In this document: piece after piece, positions 22,145 through 24,000 of the stretch
Layout of the letters: each line of letters starts with the position of its first letter
Numbering within the stretch: position 1 is the stretch's first letter
The notes under the pieces: model-generated
What the model saw: only the letters and a program-made list of their open reading frames with translations
The model's database searches: none
Told to the model about the DNA's origin: nothing
Assembly: GCF_000422965.1 (NCBI RefSeq)
Contig: NZ_AUHB01000002.1
Coordinates: forward strand, 326,119-350,118
Reading direction: 5' to 3'
Length of the DNA stretch: 24,000 bases
From: Pleomorphomonas oryzae DSM 16300
Lineage (GTDB): Bacteria; Pseudomonadota; Alphaproteobacteria; Rhizobiales; Pleomorphomonadaceae
Translations under genes and position numbers: made by a program

Positions 22145-23392
22145 TTGGATGTGAGGTCGGCTTTGTTTCAGAAAAAGCTGCAGCAACGAGCGGAGCAGCC
22201 AAGTGCTCGTTGCTTGATCGTAGAGCGCTCGCTGGTTCAAAATCGCGGGCATCACCACACGCAGATTGCAACTCTTGCTAGTTTGCTTCCTGGCTATCAA
22301 ATCTCGCTCTTGGCAGGACCGAATTACAATTTCTTTCTGCCTTATCCCGCTCGTGTAATGACGACCGATGTTGCGCGCATTGAGTACCTAACACGTAGGG
22401 CCGCACATGGGTCACTACGTCAAAAGCTTATCGCTCGAACCGATCTTTTCCTATCGGGAAGGGGCTGGCCGTTACCCCGCTCGGGTTATGGAGCCGATCT
22501 TACCATGGCTATACGCGATTTCGGCCTCGGTCCTGGTGACCTCGTAACGGTCCCCAGTGCCTCGATCGCTGATCTCGCTGCGGTGGTCGAGGCCGCAGCC
22601 GGCTTTGAGCAGGGCCGAATACCACGAGTTCAAATGCGTTTTCTCGATCCCTTTCTCGACGAACCCAAGGAAATATTGCGCGACGCGCGAGTGATGGGGT
22701 TATTAAAGAATCTTCCTCCTTGTACAGAACTCGCATGTGAGACAGAGGAGCTTGCGCGTTGGTTTTCCGACCGGTTTGAATATTCTTTTAAGGGGGGGGT
22801 CTACCTGCCGTGCACCATTGACCCAAGGTCCGATGGGGTGACCTCGCCACAGCAACGAGGCGGCTTTTTCCGAGTTGGTGTTTTCGGCGCACCAAAGAGG
22901 AGAAAGGGTTCAGCGCGAATCACTCCCATCGTTGCTGCCCTAAGCAAGAGGGACGTTGATGTGGAGATCCTTGTTCAAGGTGAGGCGCACGACTTCGAGC
23001 CAGGCGGCTTTTTTTCCGCAGTAGCGCAGTTTGCCAATAAGCGGGTTCGCATCGTACCCATGCTTGGTGAAATTGCCCCAGAAGCATTTCGCGAGGCGCT
23101 GCTTTCGGTGGATGCCGTTCTATTGCCGTATGATACTTCCGTTTACGGTCTGCAGGGCTCCGGCTTGGTGCAGGACGCGGTGGCAGCTCTTCGTCCTGTT
23201 GTGCACAGTCGCGGATTTTCGATGCACTATCTATTGCAACATGGCAACGCCATCGACGCCGTAACGGATGAAGATTTTGCCGACGCGATTGTAAGCTTAA
23301 CACAATGCACAAATGCATTGTCTGAGGGCTGTAAGAAAGCCCGCGAGGCGTTCCGTCTCCGTCTCGATCAACCTGTTCTGTTCGGAAGGTAA
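22145..23392 (+). CDS. Hypothetical protein, possibly a GT-B-fold glycosyltransferase-like protein (415 aa)
   Basis: Long ORF with the GC-rich composition of the flanks. The C-terminal half (VLLPYDTSVYGLQGSGLVQDAVAALRPVV) loosely resembles the GT1 nucleotide-sugar-binding region. It contains an in-frame G8 tract at 22792-22799. Confidence 0.5.
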   Translation: MDVRSALFQKKLQQRAEQPSARCLIVERSLVQNRGHHHTQIATLASLLPGYQISLLAGPNYNFFLPYPARVMTTDVARIEYLTRRAAHGSLRQKLIARTDLFLSGRGWPLPRSGYGADLTMAIRDFGLGPGDLVTVPSASIADLAAVVEAAAGFEQGRIPRVQMRFLDPFLDEPKEILRDARVMGLLKNLPPCTELACETEELARWFSDRFEYSFKGGVYLPCTIDPRSDGVTSPQQRGGFFRVGVFGAPKRRKGSARITPIVAALSKRDVDVEILVQGEAHDFEPGGFFSAVAQFANKRVRIVPMLGEIAPEAFREALLSVDAVLLPYDTSVYGLQGSGLVQDAVAALRPVVHSRGFSMHYLLQHGNAIDAVTDEDFADAIVSLTQCTNALSEGCKKAREAFRLRLDQPVLFGR

Positions 23393-23567
23393 GCATAGAC
23401 CCTTGGCGATAGGAACTCGGTTAGCGTGCCAACTTTCCTTCGGTTGACATAAAGCTAGACTGAGTGCGCTAAGGTCCTCCCGTTAGGAAAGCATTTCTTC
23501 GCCGTGGCTTTTCAGGAAATGCCGTAATGCTTGGTTGAGAGCTGATGTGATTAACTAATCCAAATCA

Positions 23568-24000
23568 TTAAAGGCGCCTTCTGGTTTTTCTTTTTCGAAT
23601 AAGCGAGGCGTAAAGGGCTGTATACCTATCGACGGCGGTCTCGAGTTTATAGTCGGCCAGGGCTTTTTTTCTGGCCGCAACCCGAAGATCCTTGGGTTGT
23701 GGATGGTTTGCCAGCCATTGAAGCCCCTCCGCAAGAGAGCTCGTCTCAAACGGAGTAGCCAGCCAGCCAGTCACTTTGTGCTCGATCATATCCGGCAAGC
23801 CGTTTGTCGCAAATGCCAAGCAGGGCGTCCCGCATGCGAGCGCCTCTGCAACCGTATTGGGTAGGTTGTCCTCTCGAGACGCGCAAACATAGACATCTGC
23901 AGCTGAATAGGCATCAGCCAACAGCTCGTCATCACTCACCTCCCCCAGGGCGTGAAGGTGGACGTGAGCCGGAATTGAAGGAGTTCCTGACTTATCTCCA
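23568..24000 (-). CDS. Glycosyltransferase family 1/4 protein, C-terminal part (gene continues past the right edge)
   Basis: YSAADVYVCASREDNLPNTVAEALACGTPCLAFATNGLPDMIE is the GT1 E-x7-E-type motif region. The frame remains open upstream of the track start (23939) to position 24000. Confidence 0.8.
   Translation of the reverse strand, partial: GDKSGTPSIPAHVHLHALGEVSDDELLADAYSAADVYVCASREDNLPNTVAEALACGTPCLAFATNGLPDMIEHKVTGWLATPFETSSLAEGLQWLANHPQPKDLRVAARKKALADYKLETAVDRYTALYASLIRKRKTRRRL

Noticed and set aside
21957-22300. 104-aa and 86-aa minus-strand ORFs
   Set aside because: They overlap the 5' region of the 415-aa plus-strand gene and each other, and have no RBS or recognisable motif.

Overview
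Read by eye from the sequence and ORF track; no database search or computation was run, so family names are motif recognition only. Positions 1 to about 21863 look like accessory DNA. This is a mosaic integrative or conjugative-type island with three tyrosine recombinases (2789-3391, 13819-14694, 19712-21082), a T4CP-like ATPase and an XRE/ImmA pair. It ends at a tRNA-Arg(ACG) 3' fragment (21814-21863). Beyond that lie glycosyltransferase-type genes, probably chromosomal. Four cargo or structural regions stand out. (1) A five-gene ubiquitination-like operon (10021-13279): a triple beta-grasp multiubiquitin protein, a ThiF/E1 enzyme with an extra N-terminal domain, a DUF6527-like Cys-rich protein, a CxCGH protein and a PD-(D/E)xK nuclease-like protein. 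It sits behind a promoter with TGTAC operator-like repeats and is divergent from the XRE/ImmA pair. (2) A radical SAM/SPASM + HExxH fusion maturase (FxsB-like, 90-2315), preceded by a 60-aa candidate precursor whose C-terminus carries three aromatic-x-Arg triplets. (3) A visibly AT-rich nested islet (about 15600-19100) encoding an SDR, a membrane protein behind a G10 tract, a 2OG-Fe(II) oxygenase and a SAM methyltransferase. (4) An attP-like arrangement next to the P4-type integrase: a tRNA-Val-like core flanked on both sides by CATGTAA repeats. No rRNA, intact tRNA or CRISPR array was seen.
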